From contig NC_010628.1 in the NCBI RefSeq assembly GCF_000020025.1, forward strand, positions 6,900,001 through 6,932,000: a stretch of DNA of 32,000 bases, in the 5' to 3' direction. Under the pieces are notes generated by a model that was not told where the DNA came from, did not search any database, and worked only from the letters and a program-made list of their open reading frames with translations. Positions 17,807 through 24,796 of this stretch are shown here, piece by piece. The stretch's first letter is position 1, and each line of letters starts with the position of its first letter. Position numbers and translations under genes: made by a program. The DNA comes from Nostoc punctiforme PCC 73102. Its GTDB lineage: Bacteria > Cyanobacteriota > Cyanobacteriia > Cyanobacteriales > Nostocaceae.

Positions 17807-18106
17807 ATGCGGATATCCTTTGAACGCACAGGTGGCTTTGCTGGAATCAGCAAGAAGACAACCGTTGATACAGACACTCTCCCGCCAGATGAAGCTGCCA
17901 CACTTCCCCGCCTGGTGGAAATTGCAGATTTATTTAGGCTACCTGAACTAATTACCTCGCCAAATCCCCAGAGCGATCGCTTTCAGTATAAGTTGACAGT
18001 AGAAGATAACGGCAAGCAGCATACAGTGACTGTCAGTGAAGCAGCATTGCCAGGAACCTTAAGACCACTGATTGAATGGCTGCAAACCGTAGCACAAAAA
18101 AAGTAA
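17807..18106 (+). CDS. Emfourin-like (M4in family) proteinaceous inhibitor of protealysin-like proteases
   Basis: A 99-aa ORF immediately downstream of the M4 protease and co-oriented with it. The N-terminus MRISFERTGGFAGI...VDTDTLPPDEAA matches my recollection of the emfourin family consensus. The size and synteny fit the Serratia protealysin operon. Confidence 0.7.
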   Translation: MRISFERTGGFAGISKKTTVDTDTLPPDEAATLPRLVEIADLFRLPELITSPNPQSDRFQYKLTVEDNGKQHTVTVSEAALPGTLRPLIEWLQTVAQKK

Positions 18107-18251
18107 AAAGAATTACTTATAAGTCTCTGTTTTGGTAATAAAAAATAACAAAGATGAGATACCAATGCGCTGTAGGGGTATAACATTGTTATACCTTCCA
18201 TGAACTGCGTGTATTACAACTAATTAATTAGAACTGATTTATGAGTATGAT

Positions 18252-19076
18252 ATGAATAAACCAATCAAACGAGCATTTTTAGACACCGAAGATGGGCAGA
18301 TTCTTTACCGTATCGGTGGCGAAGGAGAGCCTCTGCTTTTACTTCATCAAAACCCAAGGAGTAGTGACGAATTTCGTGAGTTAATACCTATTTTTGCCCA
18401 GACAAGACGTGTCATTGCTATGGACTTTTTAGGACTAGGTGATTCTGATAAACCTCCAAGACTTTACTCCACCGAAGACTACGCAAAAACTGTTATTGCC
18501 CTTTTGGAAGAATTAGGTATTTCCAGTATAAGCATCCTGGGAAACCATACGGGTGCTTTTGTGGCAGGGGAAGTGGCAGCAGCATATCCTGAAAAAGTAG
18601 ATAAACTTATATTATGTAATGCTTTTGGCTTTGATCAAGAAGGAAAAGAAGCTCTGTTAAAGAGATTTTCTGACGGTTTCAAAATAAAAGCAGATGGCTC
18701 CCACCTCATGGAAAGATGGTCAGCCCGTGCCCAATATGTAGGCTCTCCAGAATTAAATCAACGTTGGGTTTTAGACGATTTAAAAAGCTTTGGCTATCCT
18801 TTATATGCTATTTGGGCTGTACAAGACTACTGTCTAGATGCACCAAAAAGATTTCAATTAATCAAGTCTCCTACTTTGATTCTCTGGGGGACTGAAGATA
18901 TGAAAACCTTTGACAAGCTAGGTTTAGCCAAGGTAGAAAATAGATATTTTGTTTCTAAAGCAATTCCTCATAGCAAGGTGGTTGAGATTGAAGGCGGAAC
19001 TATCTGTATGATGAATCAAATGCCTGAAGAAATATCACAGATAGTCATAGATTTTCTAGAAAATTCAAGTATTTAA
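18252..19076 (+). CDS. Alpha/beta-hydrolase-fold protein with non-canonical active-site positions
   Basis: A 274-aa ORF with typical alpha/beta-fold landmarks (LLLLHQNPRSS, ILGNHTGAFVAG, LILWGTEDM). The nucleophile elbow reads G-N-H-T-G, and the usual C-terminal GH is GGT. Confidence 0.8.
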   Translation: MNKPIKRAFLDTEDGQILYRIGGEGEPLLLLHQNPRSSDEFRELIPIFAQTRRVIAMDFLGLGDSDKPPRLYSTEDYAKTVIALLEELGISSISILGNHTGAFVAGEVAAAYPEKVDKLILCNAFGFDQEGKEALLKRFSDGFKIKADGSHLMERWSARAQYVGSPELNQRWVLDDLKSFGYPLYAIWAVQDYCLDAPKRFQLIKSPTLILWGTEDMKTFDKLGLAKVENRYFVSKAIPHSKVVEIEGGTICMMNQMPEEISQIVIDFLENSSI

Positions 19077-19112
19077 AATTTTAGATAGGTGTTTGAAAAA
19101 ATTATGTTAAGA

Positions 19113-19168
19113 AAGCATATGAGTTTATTCAATCAACATTAAGCATATGAGTTTATTCAATCAACATT
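19113..19168. repeat. Perfect tandem duplication of a 28-bp unit AAGCATATGAGTTTATTCAATCAACATT
   Basis: Read directly from the sequence: copies at 19113-19140 and 19141-19168 are identical. Confidence 0.95.
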
Positions 19169-19177
19169 AAAAATTAA

Positions 19178-19208
19178 TTAACATAGTAAAGATGCTTTAC
19201 TATGTTAA
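19178..19208. promoter_or_regulatory. Perfect 14-3-14 palindrome TTAACATAGTAAAG-ATG-CTTTACTATGTTAA; candidate operator or terminator
   Basis: Read directly from the sequence. It lies 45 bp upstream of the cupin-gene ATG (19253) and 100 bp downstream of the alpha/beta-hydrolase stop. No T-tail follows it. Confidence 0.45.
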
Positions 19209-19252
19209 TGCTCCATATGATTTTAAGATTGACTGTGTGAGTGCTAAATAAC

Positions 19253-20161
19253 ATGGAAAATGAAGAAAATTCTGCACGAGAACAAGAGGCTGATGACTTT
19301 TTACATATAGCCTCCGTAAAAGAGGATTGGGGTGGAGACGGCAGAGGGCGCATGAATTTATCAGGAAGGCGCACAGCGATCGCTAAAGAATACCTACCTC
19401 GCCAGTACCAGTTCTTTGACACGAATACCGTAATGGAAAAGCAAGGTTGGCGAGTCAGGGGAATGCCAGACAACATAGCACCTGGAAGTCGTCGATTGTT
19501 AACGTGGCATGATTCTGGTGCATCGACTTCAAGAGTGGTTTTACCACCTAAGTTTGAGGCTCCATCTGGAATCTTTACTGCTGATCTGGAGATTTTTGTA
19601 ATTAAGGGTGCAATACAACTGGGTGAGTGGCAGCTAAACAAACATAGCTACTCCTTTATCCCCGCAGGTGTAAGAATAGGTTCTTGGAAAGTACTAGGTG
19701 GAGAAGAAGCTGAAATCCTTTGGATGGAAAATGGTTCTGTTCCATTAGAGTATAAATATGCACAAGAAGACCATCCAGATGCTAGATTATCTGACTTTAT
19801 CCCAGCATTGGACAGTAAATTGCTACCTTGGGGCAAAGCAGATACAGTTCAGTTTGTGCAAGCAAATAAGAAGTGGCTAAGGAAAGATATTAACGGAGGT
19901 GGAGTATGGCTGCTCGCCATTTTGCCGCATTTTGACAACAAGTATCAAATGATACAACCTTACAACGAAGAAGGATATTGTTTAACGGGGTATTGTGATG
20001 TAGGAGATTATCGGATCGTAAAAGATCATTATTGGTATTGTCCTAGCTTTAGTACTCTTCCCAGGCATATCACGGATGATGGCGGCTTGTTCTTTGTTAG
20101 AGTTGATAGAGATTTATCAAAAGTTGCAACAGTCTTGTCATACGCACCTCAAGACACATAA
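19253..20161 (+). CDS. Cupin-fold protein of unknown function (two beta-barrel-like halves; canonical metal-binding His motif not evident)
   Basis: About 302 aa from the ATG at 19253; the track start at 19241 is a GTG. Cupin-like strands include LEIFVIKGAIQLGEWQLNKHSYSFIPAGV and, in the second half, GGVWLLAILPHF...YCLTGYCDVGDY. I have no family-level assignment. Confidence 0.65.
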   Translation: MENEENSAREQEADDFLHIASVKEDWGGDGRGRMNLSGRRTAIAKEYLPRQYQFFDTNTVMEKQGWRVRGMPDNIAPGSRRLLTWHDSGASTSRVVLPPKFEAPSGIFTADLEIFVIKGAIQLGEWQLNKHSYSFIPAGVRIGSWKVLGGEEAEILWMENGSVPLEYKYAQEDHPDARLSDFIPALDSKLLPWGKADTVQFVQANKKWLRKDINGGGVWLLAILPHFDNKYQMIQPYNEEGYCLTGYCDVGDYRIVKDHYWYCPSFSTLPRHITDDGGLFFVRVDRDLSKVATVLSYAPQDT

Positions 20162-20165
20162 ATTT

Positions 20166-21677
20166 TTAAGCAGTAAGGTTTCCATGTGGATTACTAGAAT
20201 GTCTTTTTAAATAGCGCCCAATAGGTGAACCTAAAACTTGCCCATTGTTATAAATAAGATTTCCACGCAAAAAGGTATTCTTTACCCGCCCACTTAACTC
20301 TACACCTTCAAAAGGTGTATAACCTTGTTGTGACTCCGACTTAGCAGCGCATACCACAAAGGTTTCATTGGGGTCTACCAGTACCAAATCAGCATCATAG
20401 CCAATTGCAATATCACCTTTTTTTAACAAACCAAAGCGCCGCGATGGATTCCAAGATAGCAACTTAGCCATCTGATTGTAAGACATTCCACGCTTGCTAC
20501 CTTCACTAAATACACCAGAAAGTAAATATTCTGTACCACCAAAACCAGACTTTGCTAACCAAATATTATTTGGGTCTTTAGCACTTCTTTTTTGTTCAGC
20601 AGAACAGCAAGCATGGTCGCTAACTATCCAATCTACTTGATTATTTAGTACTGCTTGCCACAAGTATTCCACATCAGCGCGAGGACGGATAGGAGGGTTA
20701 ACTTTTGCCCAAATACCATTAGGAGTATCGACATCTAATAGCAGATGTCCAACAGTAACTTCTCGCCGAAAATTGATATGGGGAAAAGCAGTTTGCATAG
20801 TCAAAGCTGCTTCCATTGCTTTACGCGAACTTAGGTGCAACAAATTGATATTTGCACAGTTAGTTTCATTGGCTAAATAAGAAGCAATACAAATTGCTAA
20901 ACCTTCTGAATGAGGAGGGCGTGCTGCACTGTAAGCGTGTAATCCGCTCAGACTAGAATCATTTTCAACTATTTTGGTATAGGCGTTGAGAATTTCTGCA
21001 ACTTCGCAATGCAAACTCAAGCTGATGCTATCTCGCGCTTCTGGATGTTTTTCCATCAAGCGAGTTAGACCGCGCATAATAAATTCAAAATGGGCGAAGT
21101 CGTATCTTTCCTCTTTGTTAATCATCAAAAAAAGGTTTTGCTGGTCTGACAAACCATGCAACCCATATCCGCCATAAAACATGAATATTTTAAACGAAGA
21201 TATACCGTGTTCCTCAAACAATAAAGGTATTTCGTCGATATGCTGGCTTGCTATAGGTGCGATGTGATAGGCGTAATCTACAAAAAAATTACCTGCGGAT
21301 AAGGCCAAAACCTCTGGAAGAAAATCGCGGTAGGAGCCGCCTTTGTTAAGATAATACTGCCCTGTACGGATGTAATTCAGGCTGGTAGTCACGCCTCCCG
21401 TTGCGGCTGCTTTGCTTTCAGTCAGAGCATCTTTGTCGAGGGGTCGATAAATACCTACGTGCATGTGGGCATCCACGACTCCAGGAAAGCCTAGCAGGTT
21501 TTTGCCATCAAATACCTGTTTGCCAGTGTCTGGGCTAATATTAGAGGCAATCTGAGCAAATTTTCCATCCTTAATGCCTAAATCAAGTAGTTCGATTACA
21601 TCCTCATGGGGACGAACTACCCGCACATTTTTGATAATTTGATCTAATAGGGGAGTTTCAGACACAGTAGACCTCAC
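20166..21677 (-). CDS. Cyclic amidohydrolase (D-hydantoinase/dihydropyrimidinase/allantoinase-like), catalytic residues intact
   Basis: A 503-aa ORF. The binuclear-metal ligand pattern is complete: VVDAHMHVG (HxH), SSFKIFMFY (lysine that is carbamylated in homologues), SLHCE, LLHLSS and VSDHACC (Asp). Only a GTG start is available at the N-terminus. Confidence 0.88.
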   Translation of the reverse strand: MRSTVSETPLLDQIIKNVRVVRPHEDVIELLDLGIKDGKFAQIASNISPDTGKQVFDGKNLLGFPGVVDAHMHVGIYRPLDKDALTESKAAATGGVTTSLNYIRTGQYYLNKGGSYRDFLPEVLALSAGNFFVDYAYHIAPIASQHIDEIPLLFEEHGISSFKIFMFYGGYGLHGLSDQQNLFLMINKEERYDFAHFEFIMRGLTRLMEKHPEARDSISLSLHCEVAEILNAYTKIVENDSSLSGLHAYSAARPPHSEGLAICIASYLANETNCANINLLHLSSRKAMEAALTMQTAFPHINFRREVTVGHLLLDVDTPNGIWAKVNPPIRPRADVEYLWQAVLNNQVDWIVSDHACCSAEQKRSAKDPNNIWLAKSGFGGTEYLLSGVFSEGSKRGMSYNQMAKLLSWNPSRRFGLLKKGDIAIGYDADLVLVDPNETFVVCAAKSESQQGYTPFEGVELSGRVKNTFLRGNLIYNNGQVLGSPIGRYLKRHSSNPHGNLTA

Positions 21678-21723
21678 ACTAAAATGAGTTTAGTCAGGAA
21701 TTCCAACATCGAATCGAGACGAA

Positions 21724-21751
21724 AGCCAAATCCCATCAGCCAAATCCCATC
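21724..21751. repeat. Perfect tandem 14-bp repeat AGCCAAATCCCATC x2 followed by ATTATATAA
   Basis: Read directly from the sequence. It lies in the roughly 120-bp divergent region between the amidohydrolase and AspH-like oxygenase genes. Confidence 0.9.
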
Positions 21752-21796
21752 ATTATATAACGGTTTTTTATGAAATCATCTTCAGGAGAAAAGACA

Positions 21797-22594
21797 ATGG
21801 AGAGCTTTAATGAATATCATATAGACCCAAAGCAATTTCCTTTTCTGAAAAATTTTCAAGATAACTGGCAAGTCATTAGAGATGAGTATACAAGCTTTAT
21901 TAATAATGCATCTAATGAGGAATTAAAATTTACTTACGATGTTCTTGGCCCTAAAAGCCAAACCATTAAAACCAAGGGAAAGTCGAAATACAGTGCTTTT
22001 GGTATTTTGTTTCAAGGTATGTTTATTGAAAAATATATTCAGGCGCATCAAATAAAATATCCTGATTATGGGCCAGATGAAGCATCAAAAAAAGCACTGG
22101 TATTAAGAGAGAAATATTTTACGAATTTAGCCAATGTGATAAAAGATGTGAACCTGATTGAGGATGATATCATCAGAAACGTGTATTATGGTACATTTCA
22201 CCCAGGTTTGGATATCAAGCTGCATGTAAACTATAACCCTCATACAAATCGTGGCTATTTAGGATTAATAGTGCCAGAGGGAGATGTGGCTATGAAAATA
22301 TGTCACGATCAACTTTATTGGCATGAAGGAAAATTCTTGGTTTTAGATCATAGCTATCCCCACTGTCCACATAATTACACTAGTTATGATAGAACTGTTT
22401 TGGTTGTAGACTTTTTTAAACCGGATAAACCTAGAGATGAAGTGATCGAATTTGAGAAAGAGCAAGTCACACAACGGATGCAAGATAATCCTTACAGCTT
22501 AGGTGTTTTTGGTAAAAGCGATAAAGCTAAAGAAGAAGATTTTATCAAGTATGGTTTAGCTCATCAATTAGAGTGGGATAAAGCCTTGATTTAA
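21797..22594 (+). CDS. Aspartyl/asparaginyl beta-hydroxylase-family Fe(II)/2-oxoglutarate oxygenase
   Basis: The core HPGLDIKLHVN...RGYLGLIVP...WHEGKFLVLDHSYPHCPHN...RTVLVVDFFKP aligns by eye with the AspH family pattern (PG..I.pH ... L.vP ... W.eG..lvfD.s..H...N ... R.vL..D). The ATG at 21797 has AGGAG 8 nt upstream; an alternative ATG is at 21770. Confidence 0.82.
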   Translation: MESFNEYHIDPKQFPFLKNFQDNWQVIRDEYTSFINNASNEELKFTYDVLGPKSQTIKTKGKSKYSAFGILFQGMFIEKYIQAHQIKYPDYGPDEASKKALVLREKYFTNLANVIKDVNLIEDDIIRNVYYGTFHPGLDIKLHVNYNPHTNRGYLGLIVPEGDVAMKICHDQLYWHEGKFLVLDHSYPHCPHNYTSYDRTVLVVDFFKPDKPRDEVIEFEKEQVTQRMQDNPYSLGVFGKSDKAKEEDFIKYGLAHQLEWDKALI

Positions 22595-22596
22595 AA

Positions 22597-23604
22597 ATGA
22601 ACGTAACAACCTACAGAAAGTTAATAGCAAAGCAACTGAATCAAGATTTTAAATCTGCTATTGAAATTGTCGAAATTCCTCTTTCCAAGCCTGCTGCTAG
22701 TGAACTTGTAATCCAAAACAAATTTGCTGGCGTTAACGGTGGTTTTGACACCTTACTTTGTCGTGGTGACGTTCCATATATTAACTTAATTCCTCCCTTT
22801 GATTTGGGTGTGGAAGCTGTGGGGGAAGTTATCGCTATAGGTGAAAATGTCAAAGATTTTCAAATTGGTGATGCTGTCATAACTACGGCACGTGGTGGCG
22901 GTTATCGAGAATATCAGCTTATCAATGCAAACTTAGCAGTGAAGGTGCGGGAAGCAACACCAGAGTTACTAACACTAATGCCCACGGGTGTATCAGCTTT
23001 GGTTGCATTGGAACAAGTGGGGGAGATGAAAAGTAATGAAGTGGTTTTAGTGACAGCAGCAGCCGGGGGAACAGGCCATATTGCAGTGCAATTGGCAAAG
23101 TTAGCCGGGAATCATGTCATTGGTACTTGCAGTTCTGAAGCGAAGGTAAAGTTATTGAGAGAATTAGGGTGCGATCGCATTATCAACTATCGCACAGAAA
23201 ATCTCAATCATGTCCTCAAGCAAGAATACCCCAATGGGATTAATCTAATTTTTGACTGTGTAGGTAAACAGGTTTTTGATACCTGCGTTGAAAACTTGGC
23301 AATACGGGGACGCTTAATTGTAGTTGGTTTCATCTCCGAATACGCAAAAAATGTAGAGCAAATTACACAACCACGCCTTTATCACCAGCTATTTTGGAAA
23401 GCTGCTTCTGTGAAAGGCTTTCTCATGCCTCATTATAAAGAATATATTGCTGAGGCACGCGATCGCCTATTAAACCTGTTCTACACAGACAAACTCAAAG
23501 TTTCTGTTGACCCAAGCCACTTTAACGGTATAGAATCAATTCCCGAAGCTGTAGAATATCTCTTGCGTGGTCAGAATTGTGGCAAAGTAGTTGTGAGGTT
23601 TTAA
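22597..23604 (+). CDS. Medium-chain dehydrogenase/reductase (quinone oxidoreductase / zinc-independent NADPH-dependent enoyl reductase-like)
   Basis: A 335-aa ORF with the nucleotide-binding motif VLVTAAAGGTGHIAVQLAK and a GroES-like N-domain (GVEAVGEVIAIGENVKDFQIGDAV). Its ATG lies 2 nt after the upstream stop, suggesting translational coupling. Confidence 0.9.
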   Translation: MNVTTYRKLIAKQLNQDFKSAIEIVEIPLSKPAASELVIQNKFAGVNGGFDTLLCRGDVPYINLIPPFDLGVEAVGEVIAIGENVKDFQIGDAVITTARGGGYREYQLINANLAVKVREATPELLTLMPTGVSALVALEQVGEMKSNEVVLVTAAAGGTGHIAVQLAKLAGNHVIGTCSSEAKVKLLRELGCDRIINYRTENLNHVLKQEYPNGINLIFDCVGKQVFDTCVENLAIRGRLIVVGFISEYAKNVEQITQPRLYHQLFWKAASVKGFLMPHYKEYIAEARDRLLNLFYTDKLKVSVDPSHFNGIESIPEAVEYLLRGQNCGKVVVRF

Positions 23605-23743
23605 GTAACACGGTAAGCTGTTGTGCCTTTAATTTGCACTAATATTTCTTTCAATATGATTGTGGGGTGGGCAACATGAGCGCCCTGATAGTGCAAGTTG
23701 TATACGTAACAGCTTATTAGTTGATATTCAGTCAGGGGTGAGA

Positions 23744-24142
23744 ATGACACAAAATTCAGAAAATACTTTAAAAGTTGCTCGACAGGCATTTGAGCATCTT
23801 ACGTATGGTATGGCAACTGGAGAGTGGGAAGCATTGTTAGATATGCTCACAGAAGATTTTACCCTTTGGTTTCCAATGGGTAAATTTCACGGTTTGAATG
23901 TCGGCAAACAGCGAGCTAGAGAATTTTTTGAGTACGTTTTTGAAGCATTCAGTCCTGGTTTGAACCTGACTGGTTTAGACCGTGTTACTAGCAATGAAAC
24001 AACGGCTGTTTTTGAGTTTCGAGATGAGGGACTTTTGTTTGGACAGCTTTACAAAAATCGGGTAGCGGTTTCTTTTGATGTGCGTGGAGACAAAATTTGT
24101 GGCTATAGGGAATACTTTGGCAGCGATGGTAAATCCTATTAA
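23744..24142 (+). CDS. NTF2/SnoaL-like small protein
   Basis: 132 aa from the ATG at 23744, with AGGGGTGAG upstream. The size and pattern (ARQAFEHL...GEWEALLDMLTEDFTLWFP...VAVSFDVRGDKICGYREYF) are typical of SnoaL-like polyketide-cyclase/NTF2 folds. Confidence 0.7.
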   Translation: MTQNSENTLKVARQAFEHLTYGMATGEWEALLDMLTEDFTLWFPMGKFHGLNVGKQRAREFFEYVFEAFSPGLNLTGLDRVTSNETTAVFEFRDEGLLFGQLYKNRVAVSFDVRGDKICGYREYFGSDGKSY

Positions 24143-24166
24143 ATAATTCGTAATTACGAATTATTT
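24141..24166. terminator. Perfect 26-bp palindrome AAATAATTCGTAA|TTACGAATTATTT spanning both convergent stop codons
   Basis: Read directly from the sequence. It overlaps the TAA of the SnoaL-like gene (24140-24142) and the TAA of the minus-strand ORF (complement of 24165-24167). It is AT-rich, so this is a weak bidirectional terminator candidate. Confidence 0.4.
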
Positions 24167-24641
24167 AGTTTCTCTCAGGGTTGAGTTTGTTGATTTCTTG
24201 ACACTTAGCTTCTGCGGCTTGATATGCTGCCAAATAGTCCTGACCACCCAACATCACATCACCATAATATTCATAAGGTGGATCGCCATAGATTGGTAAT
24301 GGTTCATCTTCTGGATAATCTTCTTTCGATTCTTCAATGATGGCTTTCAACTTTTTAACCGTTAGCCTTTGTGCCGCAAAATACCAGAGTTCTTGGGGAT
24401 TTTTGTTCAGGTGCGGTAATGTGGGATCGATAATGCGTACCTCAGAGGCATCGCCTAGTTCAATCCAACTGTGTTCAATGGGCCTGTATGGCTTTCCCAC
24501 AAAAGTTAAAAATCCTTGGACATATCTTGCTCCCTCAGTAGACAATGCTGCTTTATAAGCATTATCAAACGGAGTGCTAGCTCTGCTGTTTATGCGTTCA
24601 GCAGTTTCGATTGACAGCGTTTCATCCAGTAGTTTGTTCAT
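24165..24641 (-). CDS. Hypothetical protein (158 aa)
   Basis: An ATG-initiated ORF (MNKLLDETLS...) with non-repetitive composition. I recognise no family. Confidence 0.55.
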   Translation of the reverse strand: MNKLLDETLSIETAERINSRASTPFDNAYKAALSTEGARYVQGFLTFVGKPYRPIEHSWIELGDASEVRIIDPTLPHLNKNPQELWYFAAQRLTVKKLKAIIEESKEDYPEDEPLPIYGDPPYEYYGDVMLGGQDYLAAYQAAEAKCQEINKLNPERN

Positions 24642-24684
24642 CAATAGCAAGGATTAGAGCAGCCATGAGAATATATTACCACTC

Positions 24685-24792
24685 ATGGGCACTGGGGAAT
24701 GGGGGATGGGCACTGGGGAATGGGGGATGGGGAATGGGGAATGGGAGATGAGGTAGAAATAACCAATGACGAATGACAAATGACAAATGACA
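24685..24792. repeat. Compound STRR array: a 21-bp unit ATGGGCACTGGGGAATGGGGG x2, then ATGGGGA heptamers, then AATGACA heptamers
   Basis: Read directly from the sequence. The array fills the spacer between the hybrid kinase stop (24797) and the downstream ORF start (24641). Confidence 0.9.
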
Positions 24793-24796
24793 AACT

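Noticed and set aside
17724-17951. 75-aa ORF overlapping the emfourin-like gene
   Set aside because: It is in a different frame from the 99-aa ORF, which has the family-like N-terminus. It starts with a non-ATG codon in the spacer.
19174-19836. Minus-strand ORFs of 155 aa and 62 aa
   Set aside because: Both are antisense to the cupin CDS, and the larger one begins within the palindrome/repeat region. Neither has supporting motifs.
21797-22594. Idea that the 2OG oxygenase is MysH (shinorine to palythine tailoring enzyme) belonging to the MAA cluster
   Set aside because: As I recall, MysH is a phytanoyl-CoA-dioxygenase-like enzyme adjacent to mysABCD. This protein has an AspH-family core, lies more than 7 kb away beyond unrelated genes, and is coupled to other enzymes. 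The link is unsupported.
24685-24792. Possible CRISPR array
   Set aside because: The units are 7 bp, with one 21-bp compound unit, and are directly tandem with no spacers. This is classic cyanobacterial STRR, not CRISPR, and there are no cas genes in the window.
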